Shown here one piece after another: positions 1 to 14,225 of a stretch of 64,000 nucleotides of DNA. Under the pieces are notes generated by a model, which saw only the letters and a list, made by a program, of their open reading frames with translations, was not told the DNA's origin and did no database searches. The position numbers and the translations under genes are program-made. This DNA is from Camelus ferus (Eukaryota): contig NC_045707.1 in NCBI RefSeq assembly GCF_009834535.1, positions 56,732,001-56,796,000 on the forward strand. Direction: 5' to 3'. The stretch's first letter is position 1. Each line of letters opens with the position of its first letter.

Positions 1-559
1 TGGAGAAAGCCACAAACACACTCTAGCAGGAGGATCCTTGATTGTGTATTTGCCATTTAGAAAGCTGTGACCATGGATGACAACTGGGTCACCCACATAC
101 CACTGTGATCTTTCTCTCAAATTTCCGCTTCATAGGTCCTCATTCTACAAGGGTCAGAAACTGTTGCTTTGGGTGGGGGATGTCAGAGTTAAGAGAGGCT
201 ACCATGCCCTATTCCTCCAGTGCAGACTTACCACAAAGCCTGAAACAAGCCTGAACTGTGTGCAAGGAGGGGAAAGCTTTAGGTTGGATAGGAACTCACA
301 GCTGGTATATTACGCAGTCCCATATTGAACTAGAACCATGAAATCGTTAGACTTTTTAATTTCAAAACAAAAGGACACATAGTTTATTTCCTAAGCATGA
401 GCAGAAAAGCTAAGATACCTGTCTGATTTCATTTGGGTTAATTTCTTCACCTGAGGGAATCAGAGGAGATGTAATAATGCTAATTTCTGAATCCAGCTCA
501 TTCATTAAACTGGTTGGATATATTATCTCAGTTAACACTCAAAACATTCCAGTGAATTT

Positions 560-630
560 ATCACTATTATTCCCACTTTACAGAAGATAAAACTGAGGCA
601 CAGAGAAGTTAAGTAATCTGTTCAACCAGG
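560..630 (-). mobile_element. MIR SINE core fragment
   Basis: cccactttacagaagataaaactgaggcacagagaagttaagtaa matches the reverse complement of the MIR core. Confidence 0.75.
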
Positions 631-1549
631 ATTCCATTTATGGCTTACTTTTGTTTTACTCTGATCCATATCCTTTATCTCATTATGTTAATCTAGATTT
701 AAAGAACTATTAAGCTTCTCTGGAAACCTTTTTTAGGAGACATGGGCCACTGAAAGAATTTCTCATGACTACTCCCAAGTTCTAATAAGCAAACAAAATT
801 ATTATTAATGAAAATGTGAAATGATTATTAGACTTAGTATAATTATACTGAACACAATTATTTAAGGATCCCAAATCCTCATATTTATGATACCATGAAT
901 TTGCCTTTTTATGTATGGAGTGTACTTTATAGTCCATTAAGTCCATTTAATAAGGAAGAGAGTATAGGTTCCATGGAAAAATATTTAACTAGAAATTATA
1001 GTACCTGGATATCAGTTTCAACTTTGCCAAACCCTGTGACAATAGAAAACCACTGAACTTCTTATACTTCTGTTAACTTACTTATAAAAGAGTGAATTCT
1101 ATACCCTTAACATGTTATACACTTTTGCCAATTTCAAATGATTATAAAGGGCATACACCTTACCTTTATTAATTTAGTCAGAGCTATTTAATAAACAATT
1201 ATTATTTATTCAAGAAATATTTTAGGGCCTACTCTGTGTTAGGTTCTGTGCTTACAGTAGAGTGTTGCTTCACATATATTATTTATCTTATATATGATAT
1301 GATACAATATATGTTATATATCTTATCTCATATATTATATATGCATCATATATATATGTATATAATCTTAAGAACTTGGCCAAATATGGTTTTTAGGCAT
1401 ATGTTGTGGTAATAAGAAGGCAATGCCTACAATTCCATAAATATTACATTTATTTATAAATTCTTTGAAACTGACCATTATTTCTAGCTATTTCATTGTC
1501 TTTTATCCTCTACTGTGATGAATTGTCCATATTCCTAGAATAGCCCAGT

Positions 1550-3440
1550 TCCCTCTCTGGTGTTCCAGATCTCATCCCCTCTTGCTATTCCAGGACAAAA
1601 CTTTTTTCCCTCTTTTTCTTATGTTACCAATATTTCCATCTCTAATGGATTATAACCAATACCATTAAATATTCTTGTATTTCTCCCACTTAAAAAATCT
1701 ATTAACAACCCTGTCCTACCAAGCTATCACCCATTTGTCTATCTTTCCCTTTGCAGCAAGAGTTAAATTTTTTTTCCTACACTTGTTCTAATTTCTCTCC
1801 CATCATTTCTCTTGAAGCCACACCACTCAGGCATTCACTACATCAATTTCATCTAGACTGCTCTTGCAAGCATTAATATTACCTCCGTATTGCTAAATCC
1901 AGTAATCAATTCTGTTTCCATTTTGTTTATCAGTGGACAGGATCTCCCCTGCTTCCTTGAAACACATTCTGCATTAGGCTCTAGGACAGCTCACTTGCCT
2001 CGTTTTCCTCCCACCTCATTGGTCACTCCTCAGTCTTTCTTGTTAGTTACTCCTCATCCTCCTGGCTCATTAATACTTGATTAGTTCTGGGCTCAATTCC
2101 TGTACCTTTTCTCTTTTAATCTCTACTGATATCACTGAGGATCTCTTCCATCTCCTGGCCTTTAAATACCATCTAAATGTTGATGACACTGGAATTTACA
2201 TTTCTAATCCAGACATTTCCTCTGACTTTTAGACTGATACTATCAAATGTAGAAATTTAACGTATCCAAAACTGAGTCCATGATCTTCACTTAGTCTTCT
2301 GCATCTCAATTAAAAGCAATGTCAATCTTAGATTGGCTTAGGCCAAAACCTCAGTGTCTTATTTCTCTTATATTCTGTATTCAATATAGCAGTTAAGCCT
2401 CTTGTTCTGTCTTCAAAGTATATGTAGAATTGAACTACCATAATCACCTCTATAACTGCATCTTTTTTTTTCACTTTCCATTCCACCTTATTCTTTTATT
2501 TTTTTTTAAATTGAAGTATAGTGAATTTACAATGTTGTGTCAAATCCTAGTATACAGCATAGTAGTCCAGTCATATATATACATATATATATTGGTTTTC
2601 ATATGCTTTTTCATTATAAGTTTCTACAAGATATTGAAGATAGTTCCCTGTGCTATACAGTATAAACTTATTGTTTATCTATTTTATATACAGTAGTTAG
2701 TATCTGCAAATCTCGAACTTCCAATTTATCCCCTACAACTGCATCTTAAAAGATGGAGACCAGGATTTTCCTAACTGGTCTGCTTGCTCATATCCTTGCA
2801 CCTTATCAGTCTATTGGGAAAAGAACAGCAAGAGAGATCTTGATTCTGACAAAAGGTAAGTCAGATTTTGTTCCACATCTGCTCAAATCTCTGAAATGCT
2901 TTCCATCTCAGTGTAAAAGCGCAGGTCTTTGGTTCAGAGGTCTAACATCTGCCCCTCCTCTTTACCTGTCTGATATCATCTTTTGCTGTTTTCTAGCTCA
3001 CTAACTCTACTCCTGCCATCCTGATCTTATTGCTGTTCAAGATGTCAGATATTCACCTGCCTTAGAGACTTTGAACTGGCTCTTCCCTAGGCCTGGGAAA
3101 GTTGCTCCCCATAAAACTATGTGGCATGTTCGCTCAGCTCATTCAGGGCCTTACTCAGATATCACCTTCTCAGTGAGGCCATGCTTGATCACCTATTTAT
3201 AAAGTTATAACAGCCCCTCCTTAATACTCCCAGGCCTTCTCTGCTTTCACTCCACAGCGCTTATAAACATCCAACACAGTGCGTATTTTATTTCTTTGTC
3301 TTGTTTATTATCTCTTTCTCCCTCCACTAGATTCTTTGCCCTGAAGCCAAGGGATTCTTTTTTAATGGTTCACAGCTGTAATTTCTGCCTACAACAGTAT
3401 CTGGCATTTAGTTGTTCAAAAATACTAAATAATAAAATGA
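1550..3440 (+). mobile_element. L2 LINE 3' region, decayed, interrupted by an L1 fragment
   Basis: Pyrimidine-rich L2-like motifs (tttaaataccatctaaatgttgatgac, actcagatatcaccttctcagtgaggcc), ending in an L2-like tail (ctggcatttagttgttcaaaaatactaaataataaaatgaa). Confidence 0.7.
2465..2733 (-). mobile_element. 5'-truncated L1 3' end with target-site duplication
   Basis: Poly-T then ttgaagtatagtgaatttacaatgttgtg...ttccctgtgctatacag (L1 3'UTR, antisense); TSD aactgcatctt at 2454-2464 and 2737-2747, followed by aaaa (TT/AAAA endonuclease-like site). Confidence 0.85.
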
Positions 3441-5649
3441 AAACAAAAATTATTCCTTTGCTTGTTGAACACATTCTCTATATTCTGTGCTTATTTGACA
3501 AGTTATATAGTCATAAACATATTAGACAGAATCTGTTAGATATCTTGATAAAATAAGAGAACATATACAATTTATAGAGTTTTATGGCTAAAGTGTTTAT
3601 AATGCTAAAGTCATAAATATATGTGAGGCTGATGTTGATACTGCACTTCAAAGCCCCTTCTAGAATGAAGTAGGTTTTATGTCAAGATGTGGTGACATTT
3701 TGAATATTTTAAAAATCAGAGCATGTAAGATCAGAATGTAAATGACTTACTTTGAAGATATGAATAAGAGATATTAATCCAAGTTTTTTTGACTTCATAT
3801 TCCATTTCTTTTCACAATTTTTATGTCCTTTTACTAAGGAGTTTATTTCTTAAATTAAGCCAGTTTTCAAAAAAGAAATGGAATAAAGAGCTTTGTGATA
3901 TTATAATACCACTACCACTATTTAATATCTATATCTGACTTTCATTTTATGAAAAAACAAAAATAAAAGTAGAACATTTTGGTTCATTTTTATTTTTGAA
4001 GCAGTTTATTATCATTATTTTTATTGCTTACTCTCACTCTCATTCTCTCAAAAAGAATTACATTAAGAGAAACACAGCTATTTGTATCCTCAAGATGAAT
4101 TTCTAACCTGTTTGCCACTAAATTTTATAGTCTAATTTGGTATACTTAATATTAATTATTAATCATACATATGATTCATTTGTTTTTGCTAATCTTTGAA
4201 GAGAAATTCTAGATTAAGTAACAGAGATGTTAAAATTCACATTTTTTACTTTTCTTGGATATTTCTCTTCAGAGCCTTAAGGTTTAAAGCTAGGTAGCAA
4301 CCAAAAAAATGTCTAGTTTGGGAAAACAGAGTTTAGAACTACCATTGTGGAATTCTTTTAAAACATGACTATCCACTCCTAGCTAACTATATTATATATC
4401 TTTGTATTGATCCCTGAAATGAAGTTTATAAAACAGTGACTCTGTATTGGCTTATGCTGCATGGCCCTTAGTAAGTCCTTAATATTTCTTGTCTGATCAC
4501 TTAAGTCATAAAGATTATGCGATTTAATCTTAGTGAAGATTAGCAGGCCAAAGGTACGTAGGACCTGAATTTTAAATTACTCTCTGAATTGTAATTCAAA
4601 TTTTATTTGTGACTCTAGTAATTTTTTTTTACATCAAAGTCCTCTAATTTCCTCCAAACATGACAGAATTTATTGAGTAAGATTCTGAATGATAGGTCAT
4701 TTCTTTCTCCTTGAATTAGGACACATTTTCCCCCAAATGAAAATTTTAAATCTTTTTTTTTTTTTTGCCTCTCATGATGTCAGATCCTTTACACTAGAAC
4801 TCAGAATGGGTGCTATGGAAATAAGGTATATCTCATCTCTCTTGGCTCCCATCCCTTCCTCTTACACTTCCTGGGAGGTAGTCAGGTTGTCTTCAAAAAC
4901 AAATTATCTGGATTGACAAATATTCCTAGTGCATTTGGCAGAAGATGACTTCTGCTTTGAAGCTTTCTTTGCTTGCAACCTTGTTATGTTTGATGTTAAT
5001 TAGAGGAAATTATTCAAAAATGGATGTCATTAGAATTTGACACTACATTGTTCTACAGTAAACTAATTTTTCTGGATTATTTTTACCTATGATCCTTCCT
5101 TTTTATGCCCACGTTTAGGGTAATCTGCTTTAATTAAGATATGTAAAACTCTGGCTCAAAATTTTATCTATTCTAGTGAGAGTTTAGAAAAGACATTTAT
5201 CTTTTGGTGACTTACAACAGATTTTTAATTGACCAAGTTAAAAAAAATGCTGGTTATTAATTTTAAAGTTTTTTATGATGGTCTTACCTAGTGATCCATT
5301 TCTATAATAAAGGGGATCAATTAGTTCCAAATAATAGCAAGATTATTTTACCCTTGTTTATTTTGTATATGGGAAACATTATTTAACAATTCTTATTTAA
5401 AATGTCATTTAAAGCATTTTCTTGTCTGGTATATACTTTTCTTAGAATATGGTCCTATGAACTATATTCAAGCTGTACAAAATAATCCATGGCAATCCAT
5501 TGCTAGAGTGAGAAGAAACTTACCTACTAGTATCTTTTTTAGTCTGAGAGACATGATCTCTAAAATCACATTTTTAAGTAACATTGTTAAGTAAATTTAA
5601 TTTTTCTTCTAAAAATGTAACTTCATTTTCCAATTGCAAGTCTAAAGTT

Positions 5650-7650
5650 TTATGTTTGGTATAATCACAAGTTTTAATGACTCCCAATGTGATGATAGAT
5701 TTTCTACTTCTCTTTATAATTCTAATAACTTTTGCATATGTTTTGAGACTATTAGTTGTATTAGACTGTATCACTGTTTTCTCTTCATGGCCAATTTAAC
5801 ATTATGTCATCATGAAGTATCCTAGCCCGGCATTGTCTTACAAATTCTACTGTGTCTGATTTTAATAGTATTATAACAGATTTATTTTTTGTCAGTGTTT
5901 GCACTGGGCACCTTTTTCTATCCTTTTACTTTCAGTATGTGTATCTGTGTCTTTACATGTATCACCATGTATCACCCACAAATAGCAAACAGTTTCTAGA
6001 TTTTATTTTTAAAGCAGTCTATCAGTCTTTCTCATTTAATTATTTAGTCTCTTTATATTTACTGTGATTACTTGTACATTAGTAACTTAATCTACTATCT
6101 CACTAAGGGATTTCTCTTTTCCCTGCATTTTTATATTCCTATCGTTAACTAACATTTCATGTCTCCTTTGAATTGATTGAATATTTTTTTTTAATCACTG
6201 AATTTTTCCCCTCTATTACTCTGGCAGTTTACACCCTTTTGCCATTATTTTAACAGGTAATGTACAAATTGCAACGTCCATCCTCAGTGTACCAAAGTGT
6301 AATATTAATGTGTACTTTTCCTGCTTTATATTTCCATGTGTGTGATGTGCAGATATTATTTTGTAGTTGTCTACAGTTAATATTTCTTTAGGTTTATTAA
6401 CGTATTTACCATTTGTGTTACTAATCACTCTCTGGATCTCAAGTCTTTGTGTGAGATAATTTTTATTTTTCCTGAAGAAAAGCCTTCAATATTTCCTTCG
6501 TGTATGTCTTAAGATGACTGATTTCTCAGCTTAGGACTTTCTGAATATGCCTTTATTACACTTCTATTCCCAAAGGATGTTTTCACTGGATATAGAATTT
6601 TAGGTTAGTGATTATTTTCTTTTGGGACTCTTAACATATAATTTTATTCTGACCATCATCGTTACTATTGAGAAGGCAGTTGCCAATTTACTTGTTGACT
6701 CTGAGGGTAAATGGTACTTTTTTGTTTGTTTTTCTTTTTAGCTGCTTTAAAGACTTATTTTTAGGAAGTTTTACTATCATATGCTTAAATGTATTTCTTA
6801 TTATTTTTCTTTTTTCTTGTCCATAGGGACTTTTGACATTGTCAGTTAATGCCTTTTATTAGTTTGGGAAAATTTTTCTCATTTTTAAAAATATTGGCTA
6901 CTGTCGCCTTCTGTTTTCCCTTTCATTCTGGAATTCTACTTCCCATATGCTTATTCTTCTCATTTTATATTCTATGCCTCTTGGCCCTTTTCTGCATTTT
7001 GTTCTCTTTGTCTCTCTATGATTCATTAGGAATCTTATTCGTAACTATCTTTTGGTTCACTAATTTTTTCTGTTGTATCTAATTTACTGATGAGCCCATT
7101 TATTTGGTTCTTTATTTTGTTTACTGTCCTTTTCAATTCTACAATTTCCACTTGTTTCATTTTTTAATTTCCAATTTCCTGTGAAAATTTACAATCTTAT
7201 CTTTTATCACCTTGATCACTGGAGGCACAGTTATTTTGTCTTTTAGATAACTTCAATATCTATAACTCCTATGATCTATCACATCTCATGTGCATGGTTA
7301 TTTTTGACTGTGTGGCAGTCATTTTATTTGTAAAATTGTTAGTGGAAGTCATTTTAGTTCTAGAGCTTTATTATTTTTCTCTAAAGGGAACATCTGTTTG
7401 TTTTGGCCAGGTGGCTGAGGAAAATTACAATCCTTAATCACCTCTATTCAAATAATTCCTGGAAAGATCCATCATCCAGGGATTGTTTCTTCTAGAGTAC
7501 AGCTCTTCAGAGTCTCAACTACAAATGAGGAGGATTCACCAGGGCCAATCCATCTTGACAGGAATTGACTCCAATTCCTGTCCCTCTAACTCCATGAAGC
7601 TGCCAAGTGTGCTAAGCTAGCCCCTCTAAAATTAGGAAAAGAGAAAACTT
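5650..7650 (-). mobile_element. ancient L1 (L1M-type) fragments
   Basis: T-rich strand with L1 antisense motifs such as ggatgttttcactggatatagaattttaggtt and tttattagtttgggaaaattttt; highly diverged. Confidence 0.6.
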
Positions 7651-8179
7651 AAATGTCTGAGACGTAACTTTCCCCCAACCCTAAACTCCCAATCCTTCAC
7701 TATCTTTTTTTTGTTATATTAGGTTATAAGTGAATCTAAAATTTAAAAATTAGGGAACATTTGTAGATCAATAAAGCTGGTCCAATTTGCACAGTCTGCC
7801 ATAAGTCTATGAGCTTTAATGAGCTTGGTAAATGTAATTAATCAAAAAGACAGCTTAAAGCAATTTTCTTAAAATAAACATGTCCATTTTTGTGAAAAAA
7901 TAATCAATTATTTTTCTTAATTCATTTTCTGATGTACTCCTAGTCTTGTTACCTATTCCTGCTAGGATTTTGTATGTCAATAACTATTCCAACAGTGTTC
8001 AAAATAATATGTTTTTCCTCAAGCATTTCCTCCTTCACATACATTCTCCCTGCAGCTTCAAAATTATCTATTTAAAAAGCAAATCTGACTATGCTACTCC
8101 CTTTCTTAAAATGCTTCCGTGCCCACAAAAAAACCCCCCAAAACAAACAAAAAACCTCTCAAAACTACTCAGAACAATA

Positions 8180-9300
8180 AACTAATTCATTAAGGTCACA
8201 GACTAAAAGATGAAGATACAAACATTGGTTGTGTTTCTATATAGTATCAAAAAGTAATCAAAAACAAATTAAAACAATTTCAACCACAGTAGTATCAAAA
8301 ATAGTAAAATAATTGAGAATAAATTTAACAAAATACATAACCTTTTACGTATTAAAACTTCAAACTGAAAACACACACTGAGAATAACAAAATATTGCTA
8401 AGAAAAATTAAAGGAGATCTAAACAGATGGAGAGCCATTCCACGTTCATGTCTTAGAAGACTCAAAATTAAGATAGCACATATGCACAGATTGGTCTATA
8501 GATTGCGCACAATTCCTATCAAAATGTCAGCAGGCTTTTTTTCAGGAAGGGAGAAGTTGATTCTAAAATTTATGTGGAAAGGCAAAGGACCTAGAATAGC
8601 AAAAACAATCTTGAAGTGTGATAGCAAAGTTGAAGGACTTATACTTACTAAGTTCACAACTTATCCTAAAAGTGCTGTAGATATCTTAAAGATAAACATC
8701 CTTGAAATAGATTAAGTATAGATATAAGGATAGAACAATGGAAAACAAGAGAAAGTACAAAAACAAACTCCTAGATTTATGGTCAATTGATTTTCAACAA
8801 ATGTTAAGACAGTTCAATGTGGAAAAGATAGTCTTTTCACCAAATGATGCTGGACAAATGTTAAGACAGTTCAATGTGGAAAAGAAAGAAAAGATAGAAA
8901 AACAAATGATGCTGGAATAATTAGATATTCACATAAAAATATTCATTCATGTTTTTATCTCATATCATACACAAAATATAACTCAAAATGGCCCAGAGAT
9001 CTAAATGTAAGAGTAAAACAGTCCACATTTTAGAAGAAGAAAAATAGGAGAAAATCTTTCAGACCTTGGATTAGGCAAAGATACATGACCTTTAAAAACA
9101 TAATCCATAAAAAACTGATAAATTGTACTTCATCAAAATTTTAAAAAATTATACTTTATAAGGCAAACTAAGAAAATAAAAAGACAAAGACAACTGAGAA
9201 AGTATTCTCAAATAATTTATCTGTTAAAGGACTTGTATTCAGAATATACAAGGAACTCTCACAGGTCAATGATAAGAACATAACTAAAATATCCCTAAAC
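8180..9300 (+). mobile_element. old L1 ORF2 C-terminal remnant (L1MB/MC-like)
   Basis: ORF 8395-8715 (LRKIKGDLNRWRAIPRS...IPIKMSAGFFSGREKLILKFMWKGKGPRIAKTILK) resembles L1 ORF2p; stops and frameshifts present. Confidence 0.85.
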
Positions 9301-9304
9301 AGAA

Positions 9305-10147
9305 AGTAACATCAGCAGCATGTCCCACTAATATTCCCTCACTCATACATCCCCCATCTACAACGACAGTTTGGCCTCCATTTGTGGGTTAAAGTGACTT
9401 TGTGGAAGCTGTGGGATCCAGTACCATATGCCAAGGGACCTGGAAGGAATCTCACCCACTTGCACATTGGGTAATAGGCATACAGACCTTGGTCCCAACT
9501 GTAGATCCTGCAGTGGCCCATGAACTGTCACCAGCCCCTCTTGACTGTGGTCCAGGGGCCTCTGGAAGACACTGCCTTAGACAATCACCCACAATCGAGA
9601 GAGCCTTTGTGGAAGTACAGGCTTCCAGTGGACAAGAATTCAGTCATGAGAGAGAAAGAAGGAAATCCTTCCATTTGCAACAACATGGATGGAACTTGAG
9701 GGCATTATGCTAAGTGAAATAAGCCAGACAGAGAAAAACAAATACTATACGAAGTCATTTACATGTGGAATCTAAAAAAGCCAAAAATTAAAAAAAAAAA
9801 AAAGACTGTAGAATGGTGGTTGCCAGGGGCTGGGGGATGGTATGTGGAGGAAGAATGGGGAGACGTTGCTTCAAGTTACAAGATGAATAATTTCTGGGGA
9901 TCTAACGTATAGCATGGTGACTATAGTTAATAATACTGTATTAAATACTTGAAAGTTGCTGAGAGTGTAGATCTTATATGCTCTCAGCACTAGGAATAAA
10001 TGGTAATTATTTGAAGTGATGGAGGTGTTAACTAATCCTACTGTGGTAATCATTTTATGATGTATAAGTGTATCAAGTCATCTTGTTGTACACCTTAAAG
10101 CTACACAATGTTATACATTAATTATATCTCAATAAAGCTGGAAAAAA
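9305..10147 (+). mobile_element. nested L1MA-type insertion: GC-richer 5'UTR-like piece joined to an L1 3' end
   Basis: 9660-10147 is a typical L1MA 3' end (ccatttgcaacaacatggatggaacttgagggcattatgctaagtgaaataagccag...ctcaataaagctggaaaaaa); 9305-9635 is GC-richer and resembles an L1M 5' end. Confidence 0.65.
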
Positions 10148-10149
10148 TA

Positions 10150-10990
10150 GATACTGGAAAATTAAAAATTTGGCAAAAAATTTGAATAGATGTTTTACCA
10201 GTCATGATAAATGGATGTCAATGAGCACATGTTAATATACTCAGCACCTTTAGTCACTACGAATTTCAAATTGAAACCAAATGAGATTGTACTTTACACC
10301 CATGAGAATGTTATAATAAAAAAGACAGCCAATACCAAGTATTGATGATGTTGTAGAGAACCTAGAACGTCCATAAATTAATTGCCATTTAATATGGTGC
10401 AACCACTATCAAAACCATTTTGATGGTTTCCTAAAAAAGTTAAACATAAATTTCCCTCTTAGAAATCTACCCAAGAGAAATGAAAACATATATCCACATA
10501 CAGCCTGTTTACAAATGTTCCTAACAGCATTATTCATAATCGCCAAAAATGGAAGTGGCACAAACATCCCTCAACTGGCAAATGTGTAAATGAAATACTG
10601 TATATCCATACAGTGAAATGCTGTTCAGCAATACCATTAACAAACCACTGATCCTACAGCATAAATGAAGCTAAAAGGCATCACACTAAGTGAAAGATGT
10701 CAGCCACAAAAGATCACATAGAGTATGATTCCGTATGTATGAAATACCTAGAAAAGGCAAAGCTATAGAGATGGAATGTAGATTAATGGTTTCCTAGGGA
10801 TGAGGTGGGACTATGAAGTGACTGAAAATGAGCACTAGGGATCTTCCTGGGGTAATAGGAATATTCTAAAATTGTATTTTGGTGACAATTATATAACTTT
10901 GTTAATTTAGTAAAATCATGGCATTGTATACTTCAAGCAGATGAATTTTATGGCGTTTAAGGTATTACTCAATGAAAATGTTAGAAAAAT
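10150..10990 (+). mobile_element. continuation of the old L1 (ORF2 end and 3'UTR)
   Basis: ccaagagaaatgaaaacatatatccaca, tagaaaaggcaaagctatagagatgg, tattctaaaattgtattttggtgac are L1MB/MC 3' motifs. Confidence 0.8.
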
Positions 10991-12169
10991 ACGTTCCCAT
11001 GGCTCCCAGTCTTTCATCTAGGACAGTTTTCACAAACTTGACTGAAAATAAGAATCACAGTGCATGCTGACAATGACATCATCTTCTCTGCTTATTTTAT
11101 TTTCATATTTTTAACAATCACTTTGGATAACTCATATAATTAGATTTGGAAAACACTAATCTGGAAAATAAATTATTAATCTTCTCACTGTATCTCTAAA
11201 TCTGATCTCAAATCTGCCTCTCTTCCTCCTCATATTCTGCCACTGTCTGCCTCAGAACTTAAAATACAAGATACAATAAACTTATTATGTCTTCCTCAGT
11301 GTCAATTCATGTATTTTTTTCCTCCAAATGCAATGTAATCTCTGAGAATATAGAGATTTTGTCTTAAACTTCCGTATCTCCCAAAACTACTAACATAGTG
11401 CTGAGTCTGGTTTTATCTGCACTTAAAAGTTGTTAGATGTTTGAAGAGGTTCACCTGGTGTTAAAGAGAAATTCAAACTATGAGCATCACATGCATAGGG
11501 CGAGCACCCATCATTTTTACCACAGCATTCTCAGATGTGAGTGTCAATATGCACCCTCAAATAGAAAACAGTGGTATCATGAGACCATAGTTTTATCTAG
11601 GACAAGTACTGGTTATTTTCAAGCTGGGAGACATTGCATTCCTCAGTGATTTTACATATTTTCAGAAGACAAAGATCCCTAATCAAAACATTATAATAAA
11701 ATGTGTATGCTATAGAGAGGCATTTGACTAGTAGTAAAGGAACACAAAGGATTGGCATTTATGTTAATATGAGGGTTTATTGTATTTTGCTTATGAAATG
11801 AAAAGGACGAAAAATGCCTCTACCTTCATGGGATACTTAGCTTTTTTGAGGTGACTAACGATTAAACCTATATTTATGATTATATGTGATAGAAGTTTAA
11901 CATTGATAGAAGTATGCAAATATTGAACAAGAGCTCAGAGTAGTGGAATGGAGGAAGAGAAGAAGCATATTGATCACATACTTTATTTCCAAGTACTATA
12001 TTAGTTGACTCCTTCAAATTTTATTTTGTCCTCATGAGAGTCCTGAAAGTTATCTCTTTAATTCTATTTTATACACAGTAAGATAAAACCTCGGGGAAGT
12101 ATGCTTTTTCTTTCACATTACTGGTAAGTGTCAGAAGCAGGATTCAAATGCAGGTTTCCCTGATTATTT

Positions 12170-12350
12170 TTTTATTTATATTTATCTATTTAAAATTTTT
12201 ATTTATTATGGTAAGGATACTTAACATGAGATTAACTCTCCTAGTTTTTTTTTACATGCACACTACAGAATTATTAATTATAAGCACACTGTTGTACAGC
12301 AAGTTTCTAGGACTTATTCATTTTGCATAACTGAAACTTTATACCATTGT
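12170..12350 (-). mobile_element. L1MA 3' end fragment
   Basis: ggtaaggatacttaacatgagattaactctc...gttgtacagcaagtttctaggacttattcattttgcataactgaaactttatacc. Confidence 0.7.
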
Positions 12351-12371
12351 ACTTTAAAATACAATCTCTCT

Positions 12372-12610
12372 CTTTTTTTAAAGAATGCATTTTTAAACTG
12401 AAGTACAGTTGATTTACAATGTTTTGGGTGGATAGCAAAGTGATTCAGTTATACATATATTTGTATTCTTTCCTAGATTATTTTCCATTACAGATTATTA
12501 CAAGATATTGAATGTAGTTCCCTGTGCTATATAGTAGGTCCTTGTTGTTTGTCTGTTTTATATACAGTGGCGTGTATCTGTTAATCCCAAACTAATTTAT
12601 CCCTGCCTCC
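12372..12610 (-). mobile_element. 5'-truncated L1 3' end with probable TSD
   Basis: ctgaagtacagttgatttacaatgtt...gttccctgtgctatatagtaggtccttgttg; flanked by aaatacaatctctct (12357-12371) and aaatgcaatctctct (12611-12625). Confidence 0.8.
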
Positions 12611-13979
12611 AAATGCAATCTCTCTTAAAGCACTTATAATTTTAGAGCCAAAGGTAGTCAAAGATAGTCAAGAACAATACTAAATACTTCACACTTAATA
12701 ACTGTTTTATAATTCTTGAGAAATTACTTAACATGAAAGTTTATCAAAGAAGAAAAGATTATTAAGGATGATGACTCACAGTTTAGAACCAGAATTTTAT
12801 ATATTTCATCATCATAAACAAATATAATGCATATAATCCTACTATATAGAGGTCTCATAGAGATTGTTATATTGATTCATAAAATCTCAGTAAGAAATTT
12901 GTAAAAAACAGATCAGATGTAACAGATCAGAGAATTTTTTTTTCTGATGCTCTCAGCTGATTTTCAACATAGTTTGTGACACATTTTGCTGATTTTCCAT
13001 TTTGAGTCACATCCTGACCTTGTTCAATTTTTATTCTTGGAAGTTGTTTTCTTGTGTATTGCTTTTTTTTTTGTGCTTTGCAGAAAATGTTCAGGTATTT
13101 AGTATTTACACCTACAATTACTTAAAGTTCAACTTAAATGGATCTGTATCATCTCTTATGCTAGGGGAGAGATACTTTTCTCAAAATTAGACTCATACTA
13201 TGTGTAATTTTGTATGCAGCTTTTCTCGTTTAACATATCTTGAGTAATTTTTCATACCATTAATTTTTTTTTTTTTTTGCTTTGGCTGTTGATCTGGGTT
13301 TGTTTGCATTACTCTCTGAAGTATATGTAAGAAATATAAATTATCTGTAATTAAACTAGTGGTTCCTGTTTCTCTCTGAAAAAAAATCATCTAATTTCCT
13401 TTAGCAAAATCAGGAGAGTAACTGCATCATTTTTTGCATAGCCTCTAAAAAGGAAGAATTAAATACTTCTCTATTCTTACTCTTTTCCCATATTGAACTT
13501 TCCCATCTGTCTTAACATAAATTGATACTTATTATTAGAAACTTTTATACATTACTTTTACTCTAATATATATGATCTATACTTGCATTCAGGGTTGCTA
13601 CTTCTGTTTAAAAAGCCACTTCTGTTTAATATGTTTGAATGTTTGTATCATTCTTGTATACATCATTTATCCATTTTTATATTTTCAACCTCTGATTTCA
13701 TCACTAGGCCAGATGGTATGTAACCTTAAGTAAATTTTCTAGGAAAGGTATTGGAGTGGTGGTATATTTTCTGAGTCCTTATATATATTATAGTTTCTAT
13801 TGACTTTTTATAAATTGGTTAAATTCCATGTTTTTCACTTAAATTCCTCATATCATGTTGTGACATTGGTTATAATAATTGACTTTCATCTTTTCATCAT
13901 ATTTTCTAAATTTTTTTAGATTGCTCTTCATGCACCCCAGCACCACGAACTCTTCATAGTGACTAGAATCAAAAACAGA

Positions 13980-14225
13980 AATAATAGCTACTATTTGAGA
14001 GCTTGTGTTCCAGACACAGTTCTTAGAACTTTAAATATATAACAGTTAATCTGAACCACTACTCTGTGGACTAGAGGTTCTATCATTATTCGTCTTTTAC
14101 AGATGAGGAAACTGGCATGGAGAAGGGTTAACTCACCTTCCCCAGGGTGCAAAAGTAGTACATGACAGAGTTCCAATTCTAACTAAGGAAGTCAGATTTC
14201 TGAACTCTCACACTGACCACCAGGC
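13980..14225 (-). mobile_element. MIR SINE
   Basis: ttttacagatgaggaaactggcatggagaagggttaactcaccttccccaggg, MIR core antisense. Confidence 0.8.

Noticed and set aside
8395..8920. ORFs resembling L1 ORF2p
   Set aside because: Degraded L1 fragments with stops and frameshifts.
13084..13094. Possible microexon tttgcag|AAAATGTTCAG|gtattt
   Set aside because: 11 nt, frame-shifting, weak donor; expected by chance.
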